A DNA stretch of 63,961 nucleotides, the filler included, from Atractiella rhizophila (taxonomy: Eukaryota), in the NCBI GenBank assembly GCA_021432655.1. It is 4 parts of 4 records of this genome, joined end to end, with 100 filler letters (N's around TTAATTAATTAA, not from the genome) between each part and the next. Parts side by side here need not be neighbours in the genome. Positions count along the whole stretch, not along the records: positions 29,038 to 53,429 come from MU271727.1; 3 more parts are not named here. The stretch is one strand, 5' to 3'. The notes beneath the pieces were generated by a model. It ran no database searches, was not told the origin of the DNA, and was given only the letters and a program-made list of their open reading frames with translations. A program made the position numbers and the translations under genes. Below are positions 34,620-45,487 of the stretch, in pieces; positions within the stretch are counted from its first letter, which is position 1, and each line of letters starts with the position of its first letter.

Positions 34620-35001
34620 GAAGAGTAATGTGCGTCTCAGGAGTCAGAGTGAGCTGAAGAACAGATTTGTTGGAGGCAACGAGCAATCCGTGCAGTTGAA
34701 AGAGCACAGATTTCGCCCACATGTGATGAGATTCATTGTCCCAGTCCCTGATATCTTCCCAATCAGCAAAACCTGCGGCGATGCCTTCACCATCAGAACC
34801 AACTTCGCGCCAAGTGTTAAGACACAGGTGAAAAAGTGTCAGAACCTGATGTGTTTGAACACAGGTCGAGAAAGGAGTAACGAGATAGAATGCCTTCCAG
34901 GCTTCGTCCCATCGTTTTAGATCAGATCCGATGGATGAAAAGGTCGTCCCTAACTGTTTGACTAACTTGCTGTGATTGTGAATGGATTCTGGGTCGGCCA
35001 T
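34620..35001 (-). pseudogene. Truncated paralog of the first exon of the 42173 gene
   Basis: SIHNH..LVK.LGTTFSSIGSDLKRWDEAWKAFYL.TPFSTC...DGEG.AAGFADWE shared with ORF 41637-42173; similarity stops near the retrotransposon. Confidence 0.85.
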
Positions 35002-35549
35002 GAAGCTTCGAGAGTATTAGGTTAGCTATTAGTGCAAGGGTTGGAGTAAAGGGGGGCTTACATATCTGCTTCCTAGATAAAGGGACAGAAACAAAGGGGA
35101 CACTTGTCTCCACAGCCTGACACGACAGTTGAAATACTTTGTCATTCCTTTGGGGACAGGAGCGCACAGGAAGAAGGGTCTTCTCATTTCAATTCGACGA
35201 CAATCGCAGCAGAATGACAGAATGTATCAAGAAATGGAACGAACGGGAAAATCTTTTGCGATAAATATTTTTGTTCTCCCTTTGTATCCTAGGCGCCCTA
35301 GCTCTATATGTGTGATTTGTAACCATCCTTTGGGAGATTGACATTCATCTGGCTCGTTTGAGTGAATAATATGCATTTAAATACATGTAAGCTGAAACGA
35401 AGAAAACACAGAAACCAGGGCATGTTGAAGTAGACTTTGCTCTCTAGTATACTGTTTATACGCACTGCAACGTTAAGAGGAGGTTCTGGATAAGAGCAGG
35501 ATCTCCTTTCATTAGCACGAGGATACTTGCTTCCAGGCCACTTCCTGGT

Positions 35550-35970
35550 CTGAGGCATGCCTCGAACGCCATCATCCCCTCAAGTTCCATCACACAACTA
35601 ATACGAGGAATGCAGGGCATGTTTCTAAATGTTCTACAATTCTTGCAAACCTTCAGGCCACTTCGACAATCTCGGCACCGACTTCTTCTCGACTCTGAAG
35701 ACTATCGTCTTAGCTGTCGACGTTTCTCATAGCCTTCAGGAGGCCGCAACAATGCGTTATGACCGACGTTCAATGCGCTTCCGACTTTGCTGCAGAGCAG
35801 AATAAGGCATTTTTACAGAATGTCTCTTTGCCAGTTGGATTCCGTGAGGTCATCTCTATCGACGTCCAGACGTCTGCGTGACCTGGCGGTTAACACAGCT
35901 GCAATCGGAGTTTAAGGGGCTGCATGATCGAAGGGATAGTCACTTTCCTTTCCTTTGAGTAGGACTAATA
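35550..35970 (+). pseudogene. Decayed paralog of the 5' exons of the 42587 patatin gene
   Basis: GCACCGACTTCTTCTC and GCTGCATGA.C.AAG.GATAGT.ACTTT..T match about 42855 and about 43140, in the same order. Confidence 0.65.
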
Positions 35971-37592
35971 GTATGTGCGTTAGTCGATAACGAAAACAAA
36001 CCGACTAGATAAAAGCCCAGAAATTGGTTCAAAGTCCAAAGCACGTGAGTAAGCGAATGAGTCTCGCATTGATCACCGAACGCCCCGACCTGGCACAGCG
36101 TGAAGGGGGGTCAAATCAGGAACACGACCCTAACCCAGCGTTGAATGGAAGGTGAACAAAAGCACCTCTGCTCTCACACCTTCCGACTCCCTTTGCCTTC
36201 GTGTCCTTTTCTTCGCCCAACGCTCCCTCCGCTGCAGAGTTCAAACTGTCGAGGAGGTGGCTCATCTTGCTTACCACCTCGTTTGGGGTCTTTCCAAAGC
36301 TCACAAACTCTCGTGAGGGTTCAGAGTGTTGGAAAAGACAAAACGCGTTCAAATTTCATCTATACCTCGACCACACCTTCGAACGTGTCTCTGATAAATG
36401 TTACGAGCGTGATCGAGGGCTGCAAGGTGCGAGACAAAGTAAAGCAGAAAGCTTGTGTTAACATTGAGTCTATATGAAGGTAGAGAAATACATTACCTGC
36501 AAGGTGCGAGACAAAGTAAAGCAGAAAGCTTGTGGTCTCGCACTTGCAGGAGATCTTGTTTTATAGCAGAGAAGATGAATAATAAGGAAAGAGACTAAGG
36601 AAAACCAACAGCGCGCCAGCGTGCGAAAGGAGGGTGCGTAAATGGTACCGTGGCCCCATCAGTCTCTCTATCAGGTCGGTCCCAGAACTGAATCAGCGTG
36701 CTTGGAACAACCTTATGAGGAAACTTAGACGTCTCTTCCTCAAACCTGGTGAGGAAGCCGGTAAGAAAAGGTTGACAACTCTTTGTATCGACTGTTGAAC
36801 GTGCTGGATGGAACACTTCTTTCTGCCTTTCTTTCAAAGTTTGATGTCACTATGTGGTGAGAATCACCATGTCATTAGCAATCTGGGTATGAGAACCCGA
36901 GGTGAATTTGACAATGCTACGGCCATGACACCGACCGCGTTCCTACCACGCTTTGTCCAATCAATTTAGGGGCCGAAACGGGCAAAGAAAGAGAGAAGAT
37001 ATCACGCCCACTTCTCAGCGCCCTCTCATTCTCAAGCCATAACTACCGAAGAGTCTCCCGAAGGCTCCAAAAGGGCTATGGCCGGCGAACTGCATTGAAG
37101 CGCCACTTCCACCACTCCCCGAAGTGCCTGTGAGGGAGGGTGTGCCTTGAGGTTACGCGTTCATGGGAATAATTACTGAACGTTGATATTTTGAGTTGGA
37201 GCGGAATCACTCCCTTCCGAGGGACGTTGGTTCCCGCGTCCCGTCTTCGCGCCATTTCGTCGCCTTTCCTTGTGTTCACGACCTATCTGGTTGCAGTGAT
37301 TACATTCAGCCCACACGAATGTGACGAGATACGTCTGGAATGCTTGATCAGCCGTCGTGAGGGGTTATCGATGGTCCTCATCCGCGGTTGCCTTTCTCGG
37401 TACACACCGTGCTCTCCGAAAGATTCACTGGGAGCAAGTGAGTTCTGCCGCATTCCTTCAGGCACTTACCAACCAGCAGAGCATCGTCCGTGCTCTCCGC
37501 TTTGCTTCCAGGTATAAAATGAGGTACGAAGATCCGTTCCTAACTCAGAAGCCAATCAAATCAAAATAACACAAGAGAAATCCTCATCTACC

Positions 37593-38523
37593 ATGTCAAC
37601 CAAAGTTTTCGTCATCACCGGCACCTCTCGCGGCATTGGGCTCGAGCTCGTCAAACAACTATCCGCCGTGTCCTCGAATCTCATTTTTGCACTCGTTCGC
37701 AACCCCTCCAAGGCGGTCGAACTGGCCACCCTGGCGAGCCAGAGGAAGAACGTAGTCATCGTTCAAGCGGACACGAGCGTAACGGCAGAGATCACAAAAG
37801 CTGTTCAGCAAGTCGAAAAGGAACTAACAGGCAGAGGTCTGAAGGGAGTCGATGTACTGATCAACAAGTAGCCCTATTCTCTACTCTCTTCTAACGACAA
37901 GTTCTCACGTTGGTTTGGTTACAGCGCCGGCATCGGTGGCCCTCGCGATTTCTGGACCACCGTCATAAGCAAAGCGACGTCTTGGGAGCCGGAGGATTTC
38001 CTCGAACTCTTCCGAGTGAACGTCGTAGGAGTAGTGGAGACGACCAAGGGGTTCCTCCCTCTTCTCCATGCCGGAAACGACAAGAAGATCTTGATGGCGT
38101 CCAGCACAGTTGAATTGATCAGCCCTGTTGGAACTGACAAAGATATCCTTGGGTCTGGGAACCTCGGAGGATCTCCCCGTACGCCGTTAGCAAAACTGGT
38201 GCGTCCGTCCTTCGAGTACGAGGGTGGCCTATCCCTGACGTTCAGTAGGACTAAACATGGTTTCGAGGAAGCTGGCGGCTGAGCTTAAACCTGAAGGATT
38301 TACGGTTATTCTGGTACAGGTGCGTGCCTTCCTCTTCAGTATTGTTTCGTCTTTTGCTCATGTGGGATGATAGCCTGGGTGGGTAAAGACGGATATGGGA
38401 GGTGAACAGGCGATGTTGACCACTGAAGAGAGTGTTACCGGGTTGGTGAAAAGGATCGAGGAGATTAAGCCTGAAGAGTCAGGCCATATCGGGGCACCTG
38501 GAGAAAAGTGGGAAGGCTTCTGA
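37593..38523 (+). CDS. Short-chain dehydrogenase/reductase (CsgA/C-factor-like), multi-exon
   Basis: ITGTSRGIG, DVLIN/NAG split by an intron, VNVVG, YAVSK and PGWVKTDMGG; splicing near 38095-38190 is ambiguous. Confidence 0.85.
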
Positions 38524-38830
38524 AGCGAGAGTCTTAATGTTATCGCGAATGAATGTCAGGTGTAAGCTAGGTATTGCACGGTAGACATAACAGAATAGTG
38601 TTGGTGAAAGGATCGAAAGATCGAAAGCGTGCACAGGATTTATACCTGCCGGCTAACACATAGATAGTTTCTTCCGTGACGTAGTATCGGAATGGTAGAA
38701 GCTGGAACGTTGATTTCATGAGGCAAAGAACATTTACGGGAATATTTTTTTATCATTGCTTCATGGCGCTTTCAAGATGCTAGCTTCAAAACCTGTCGGG
38801 TTATCATGGGATATTTTATGGCACATATTG

Positions 38831-40030
38831 TTACGTAAACCTGAGTGGTCGATGTAAAGTCATCCCTCGAGACAGTCGCCATGTAACCTCTTTTGCCTCT
38901 GTTTCCTGGTTCGCCATGTATGCCCTAGCTGCACCAATAATGTCCGTTTTATCTCGCCATCGTTCGACAGACATCTCAAGTCCCCCATCCTCGTCGAAAC
39001 GAAAGTAACGATGTTCTTTTTCCATGACCGTCAGGCGTAGTTTCACGGAATTCGAGATCCGAGTGGACCGCAACGTAGCTGTTGCTAATGTTTCCACCAC
39101 ATCAACAGACGTCTGGGTGCTGGTGCCAAGTTTGACTCGTGGTTCTCGACCACTACCAATGGAAACCAGGCATGAGAAATCAGCGTGAGGTCCCCAAATA
39201 CGTTTGATCTCGGCTAACGCGAGAATAGTGGGATTGCTATTATCGTTGACACCTGCGAGGTATTCAGTGTGATCTATCTCGACGGGTTCGAAAAGCCCTG
39301 GAAAAGCTGCCGTTGCCATGCAAGCTTGTAGGAAGGTACATTTAGGGCTGGAAAAGCCTGCTGCTTTGTAAGTGCGAAAAAGCTCGTCGTCCACCCAAGA
39401 AGCATTGTAAGAAGCGGTAACAAAGACTCGGCAACGGTCTTCAAAGCGGTGATCCGAATCTCGAAGAAGAAGCGATTTAGGGTCCATTGATAAATCAGTA
39501 GAATTGGCGCTCAAAATTCTGAGAATGGCTTGTTCCATCGCACCGGAGGCTTTTTTGCGGTTGGCATCATTCATCGCTTCGATTGCTTTTAAGGGTGGAC
39601 CTGTATCAGGAAACATGGCTAGGCCATATTCGGAGTAGACGTCCAGAGCTTGTTTGGCGGTTAACCCTAGCCTCCCGAGCAAAAGGGCAATGAATCCTCC
39701 ACCGGAACTCCCACAAATCAGGTCAAAGAAGTCGCAAGGTCGACAAGTCCCAGCTGGGCGATATCCACAAGCACGGCATTTTCCATCAGAGTCAAATGAA
39801 CAGATCTGAGGTAGGGAGCAGGGTGTGATGGTCACATCACTTATGAGCGAAGTTTGAAGCATTTTCATGATATGATTGAGAATAACGAGCTCAGAGAGGC
39901 AGCGAATGCCCCCTCCATCCAAGCATAACACGCGAAGTTCTCTAGGATTTGGCGGCTTCGTAAAAGGTTGTGGCGCATGGATCTTGTCAGCCATGGCAAC
40001 GTTGCAACAGGGTGGGCTTTCTGCTTCCAA
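38831..40030 (-). CDS. Patatin-like phospholipase domain protein A (first ATG at 39994; link to the upstream exons unresolved)
   Basis: VLCLDGGGIR, FDLICGSSGGG, ATAAFPGLF, NP, VSIGSG and YFRF; the DGG position reads AGV. Confidence 0.9.
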   Translation of the reverse strand: MEAESPPCCNVAMADKIHAPQPFTKPPNPRELRVLCLDGGGIRCLSELVILNHIMKMLQTSLISDVTITPCSLPQICSFDSDGKCRACGYRPAGTCRPCDFFDLICGSSGGGFIALLLGRLGLTAKQALDVYSEYGLAMFPDTGPPLKAIEAMNDANRKKASGAMEQAILRILSANSTDLSMDPKSLLLRDSDHRFEDRCRVFVTASYNASWVDDELFRTYKAAGFSSPKCTFLQACMATAAFPGLFEPVEIDHTEYLAGVNDNSNPTILALAEIKRIWGPHADFSCLVSIGSGREPRVKLGTSTQTSVDVVETLATATLRSTRISNSVKLRLTVMEKEHRYFRFDEDGGLEMSVERWRDKTDIIGAARAYMANQETEAKEVTWRLSRGMTLHRPLRFT

Positions 40031-40309
40031 AACACATTTAATCCGGTTCCAATGTCAGCTTGGGTCCTTACCAGAAGGATCAAGAGTGCAGTAGTCTAGT
40101 GAGATGAACTAGGATTTCGCTGTTTCTGAGATCTTCCTCATACTGACTTTCAGGTTGCGGGGAAGATGTGTACTAGTACTAGTCGAACGCTAACTGCTGA
40201 GATTGAGGTTTGCATTTCCCTTATTTATGGTTCCTCCACCACCTGATCCGGAGACCTTGGACTAATTCGGTTTAGAAATTTCCTATTGGAGCTATATTGA
40301 CGTTTCACG

Positions 40310-42173
40310 GTGAGAACAGGTAATTGTTCATCTTCATCAGCAGTTCCATTACATCAGGCACCATATTCTCCAAAATCTCCAACAATATCACCAGCGCCGC
40401 ACCCTTTGAATCTCAGGTCGCGTTCGGCTCCAATTGACGTGTACAGTTGGATTGTATTCGCCTCTGAGGAAGTCTGCATCCTTCTCGAAGTTTTCTCGAA
40501 AAGCGACAAGATCTCCAACCTGGATCCTGAGTGCTTCGGCATTCTCCTGAAAGACAACTCGAATGTGAGAAGATCCAGCATCACCATTCTCAGCACTTTG
40601 TACCATCTCCTGCAGAGTCTGGTTGATATGCATCATAACGGCGCTAGTTAGCGACCACAATCGATCTCGGCTTTGACGGAGATCCCTCTTCCACCTCGTC
40701 ATCCTGTCCTTCGCTAATTCGTCCTGTGGAAGAGTAGTTGTTCCGAATGATAAGGGCAAGACGCGATCGGTGAAATAAACGGAATAAGCCGTAGGTTGAA
40801 GAGACCCTGCTGAAGATCAATTCCAATCCCTTCATGGGAAGGCATACATACAAAACTGATACCATTGCAATCTGAGCCAAGTTAGGATTCCAAGCAATCC
40901 ACCAGCGCTGCTTTCGGCGCGCTCCAACTGGCAAGTAATTGAATGCGACAGAAGCTCGCTCGCTGGTTCGAGAAAGACGAAAAAGGAGCTCAGCATGATG
41001 GAAGTTCGGGAAAAGGAATGGTGAAGCTTGGAAACTGAGTCTTTGGCCTTCTCATCATTTAGATTCTTTCCCAACAGGAGCTTTTCGAAGACAATGAGGA
41101 AGTCATTCACGAAACATTCGTAGTCGTGGATCATCAAAAGCAAAATAAATCGCAAGTCTTCTTGGACCAGCCGGACTTCTGCAGGCGGAACAAACCAGCG
41201 AGCTTCGACTGCAGCGTTGGCCCATTTTAAAGAGAGAACGAGATATTCAAGCTCCCGGTTGCAGAGAATGCCGATGCTCGAGAGGGTCATGGCATAAAGA
41301 TCGCTATCCGAGGGTAGCGGTCGCGGGGCTACAGGTGGATGTGGGGTCTGGTGTAGATTATTGGAAGACGCTGGGGGGTGCTGTCGAAACTTTGGTGAAA
41401 GCTGAAGGAAATCGACGGAAAGTTTCAAAGCGCGACCATGCAAAAAGTGATCTGGGACAACGTCCCCGTACACATTGCTGCAATCTAGCCATGCCGACGT
41501 TGAGACAAGGATCAAAGATCGTTGAAGGTGCAATCTCCCAGCTCGGAGACCTTGAAGGTAGGCTTCGACTTCCTTCCAGAAGCCAAGGAGACCTTTTGAG
41601 CAAGATTTGATGACCAGGAACTGTTGATGAAGATTATCACTCAAATAGTCTATTTCGAGCGTCAGACGAGAGAGAGCAAAAATGTTGATGCTGACCAAAG
41701 TCCCGCCTTTTGTACAACTGTGCTGGTCGACGCCAAAACCAAAGATATGATGCAGCATTCACAAAACGAAGGTGGTCATGACAATTACGGAGTAGCTCAG
41801 TCTGCAAACTGGACATCCTTGTCGCCAAGTGCAATTGAGACTCTGCGGCAACAAGCAATTGCTGCAGTTGGAAGAGAACAGACTGTGCCCAAATATGATG
41901 AGATTCGGTGTCCCAATCGCTGTTACCTTCCCAATCAGCGAAGCCTGCTGCAAGACCTTCGCCATCGGAACGTAAGCTACGCCAAGTCTGGAGACAAATG
42001 TCAAAAAGAGTGAGAATTTGATGTGCTTGAATGCATGTTGAGAAAGGGGTGAGCAGATAAAATGCCTTCCAGGCTTCGTCCCATCGTTTTAGATCTGATC
42101 CGATGGATGAAAAAGTCGTCCCTAACAGTTTGACTAACTGGGCGTGATTGTGAATAGATTGGAGGTCCGTCAT
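40310..42173 (-). CDS. Large hypothetical helical protein, multi-exon, directly upstream of patatin A
   Basis: ORFs 41637-42173, 40832-41758 and 40388-40759 join in frame through short GT-AG introns (for example 41650-41695, GTCAGC..CTGAC..TAG); paralog at 34620-35001. Confidence 0.7.
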
Positions 42174-42586
42174 TGATGAACGTGTCCAGAGGGAGGGTAT
42201 TTTTCACTATGCCAGCCACTGAGATGCTGTTGAATAGCGCACGACGATAGCGAGCTGGCTGGTGAAAGGTTGACGAGGTCTGCTTTCACTTCGGAGCGGA
42301 GCTTCTTACCTTGTTCGAGAGACAAAGGAAAAGAGGGTTTGGAAAGCCCATGCAACCTAATCGGCTTTAACTTGTTTGAAATGAATTTTAGTTCTGACCG
42401 ATAATTGATCGGTTGTCAATCTTTCCACAATGATGGAACTCAATCCGGTTTCATTAGGCTGATTGATTGGTCGAGATCCAAGGATTCAAGCTGTCAATGA
42501 CAAATATTAAGTGAAGAGAGTTGCCTTTTAAATGACCGTCAGGATGCCAGTGTAGAGCTTTGTAACCCTTTGCACTCTCTTTCAGC

Positions 42587-45143
42587 ATGTCTGTGCCTTT
42601 CTCCTCTTCAATGGAGGTTGGTTCAGGACAATCTGAGGATCGCAAGTTACTCAACATGTTAGGGGCGCTCACAATGCAGAAACCTGTAGATATTGATCCG
42701 ATCTGGCCTCGAATGAGAGCGATTGTATCCTGGGGGGAGCAGGAGTGAATGATTATTCCTACAACTCTTCCACCTGGCTAACTGAGGAACAGTGCCTTGC
42801 TTATAAAAGATTCCACACCTCTCAGGCAGTTACAGGATACTTTCAACGAGGTCAGCACCGACTTCTTCTCATGTACGAAGAATATTTTCTTCGCCGTCTG
42901 GGTCTCAAGACGGTTGTTTCAACGATTGCATCGCGATGGTTCTACGAATGAAAGCGTGCTCGCTGATGTAACATGTGCATCCTACTTCGCGGTTACGATC
43001 AACCAGTTATTTCTACAAGGAGTCTCGAGCAAGATTTTTCAATTGAGTCATCAGCTCGATTCAGTGAGCTCGTCTCTTTTCTCATGCAGGATGTCGTCTT
43101 GATGTGCTGGCCATTATAGCTTAGTCAAGAGTTCAAGTTGCTGCATGAACAAAGCGATAGTTACTTTTCCTCTACAGTGAGTAGCAACAAACCCTATTCA
43201 ATAGTTAATGAGACGCTGCAGAACGACCTCATGAGCAAATTTAGTCGTCTGTTCTTCACATTCAGTACCAACGTTGGTGAGGAAAGGTTGAATATACGCC
43301 AGGGTTGACCGTTGAACGCCTCAGACAGAGCTTACCAAACTGGACCGTGCGGCCTTGAAGATTCACTGCGAACACCTGGAAGACATGACACTGAGCCTCT
43401 CTTCAGCTCTCCGACAATGGGCAGATCAATGCAAATTCCTAGAGTCCATTCTGCAAGCAATCAAGCAACAGAGTGTTGTCTTTGCGAGGAGAAACCCGGC
43501 GAACCCCAGATTTCCTGTCGGATGGCATCGCAAGTGTCTTGAGTTGTGGGAGAAAGTCAAAATTCGCACAGCTGAGGATGCTTTCAAGGTATGTCTTGCA
43601 TGTCATCCTAACGTCTCCGAGCTGAATGCACTTAGGCGATACGATGTGAAGTATTGCAAGATATGTATAATAACCCGAAATCTTCCATTGTCAAGGTATT
43701 TAGACGATGTGAGTACAGACGACTGTTTAAGAGTCTCTTATAACTTCGACAGTGCACGATGTCGACTGCGATCTACAGACAGTTAAGTCCTTACACCTCC
43801 TCTGGGAAACAAGCGGCGAGGAGTGCGATCTGAATTTCAAACATCGTTTTCATAAGGAGAAAACTGAGGTTGAGAGAGACTTTTCTGACGCGTACCGAAG
43901 CTTTCGAGGACTGAAGCAATGGGACATGAAGAAGCAAAGCAGCTTTCTACCTAATGCATTGAACGGCAAGGACGTCAGTTCCAAGGGATTTTTGTCTCGA
44001 TATCTCGCGACCGAATCGGGCTTGTTTGACATCGACATACCCCTTGTGACGCCAGGGAACACACCAACCAAGGCATCCTTTGATATCGATGCACGCCGGG
44101 TTGCGCGGCGGCTGAGCTCTCTGACACTTGTGACTCCTTCGAATCTTTCGCGGATAAGGATTTTGTCACTGGACGGCAGTGGAACATGGGCATTCGCTGA
44201 AGTATTCTTTTTGCGAGAGATTCTACGGCAACTCTGCTCGGAACTTTCAGAAGAAGAAAAACGAAAGTACAATCTTGGATGTCATCCTGATGACCTTCAG
44301 CCTCACAAATTCTTTGATCTGATTATCGGTTCCTCGACGGGTGGACTTCTTGCGTTGATGTTCGGCTCTCTAAAGATGTCTGTGAACCAAGCCATTGCTG
44401 CTTTTCGGTATCTTTGTGAGAAGGCTTTCGCCGCAGATCTGGCCGAGGCTTCGGCTGCATTTTCATCTCGCTTCGAAACTTCGTTCAAGGAGGTGATTTC
44501 GAAGGCTGGCCTCAGCAAGGATCAACTCTTTTGCCCTGTTCACGATGGGTGCAGAGTAGCCGTTACCGCGGCTTACGAATCCTCCATAACCGATCTGAAG
44601 GTCTTTCGCTCTCATGAGATTTGGGATGAGGTGAAACTTTGGGAAGTGGCTCGCGCCACCATTGCGATGCCACGCCTCTTTCTCCCAATCACGATTGATG
44701 ACACCGAATATGTGGATGCCAGCGGCGCTGGACACCTGAATCCCATCATGGCCGCAGTCACTGAAGCACACTCCATTTGGAGGGATGATAACTTTAAGTA
44801 CGGCTGTGTCATTTCTTTGGGCGGAGGTGAAAGACCTCCAGTACAGCGAAACACAAATTTGTCGGCGGACGCTCTCTTAGCGGCAGTCGTCGACGCAGGA
44901 CAGCATGGATCTAGAGAAGCTACACAGGCGGATAACTACTTCTGCGATAGCGATTTCTACTTTCGATTTGAGGCCAAGCGTCCGGCTTACACTCATGCGG
45001 TTGAAGACTTTGACCCGGAGAAGTTACGGGAGGCGGCTGGGTTAGCAAAAGCTGAATTGAACAAACCTCGGCGGCAGAAGGAAATTGAACGAGCAGCTCA
45101 GCGTTTATGGACTCTTAGTAAACAGAACGGTGTAGAACTCTGA
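42587..45143 (+). CDS. Protein B: unrecognised N-terminal helical domain plus C-terminal patatin-like domain (about 6 introns)
   Basis: In-frame splice path using GTGAAT, GTGAGC, GTGAGT, GTGAGG, GTATGT and GTGAGT donors into ORF 43752-45143; ILSLDGSG, FDLIIGSSTGG, ARAT.A.P.LF, YVDASG..NP, ISLGGG and YFRF. Confidence 0.85.
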
Positions 45144-45487
45144 TTCGATTCCTGAGCCATTCCTCCAAACAATCCAAGTATGTGTAGCCTCGAGAAGTTC
45201 TTGATTCAGTTTATCATATTTTGTAGTGTGGGTTTGGGTGCGGTTTTCATCTTGTCACTCTCGTGTACGATGACTTCAGTACAATGTAGCCTCAGTCTGA
45301 ACCGTGTAACATTCGCTGAATCGATCGCCATTGATACTTGCAAACAACCTGCTGCTAGCTTGTTCTGGTTATTGGTAACATGTAAATTATGGAGAAGCTG
45401 CTCCCATGAATATTCATGCCAACTTCATGGAAGACAGGAGGCGCAGTAATGAAATAGCGCTGTCGTAAGTCTGCTCAAAGAAGCAGC

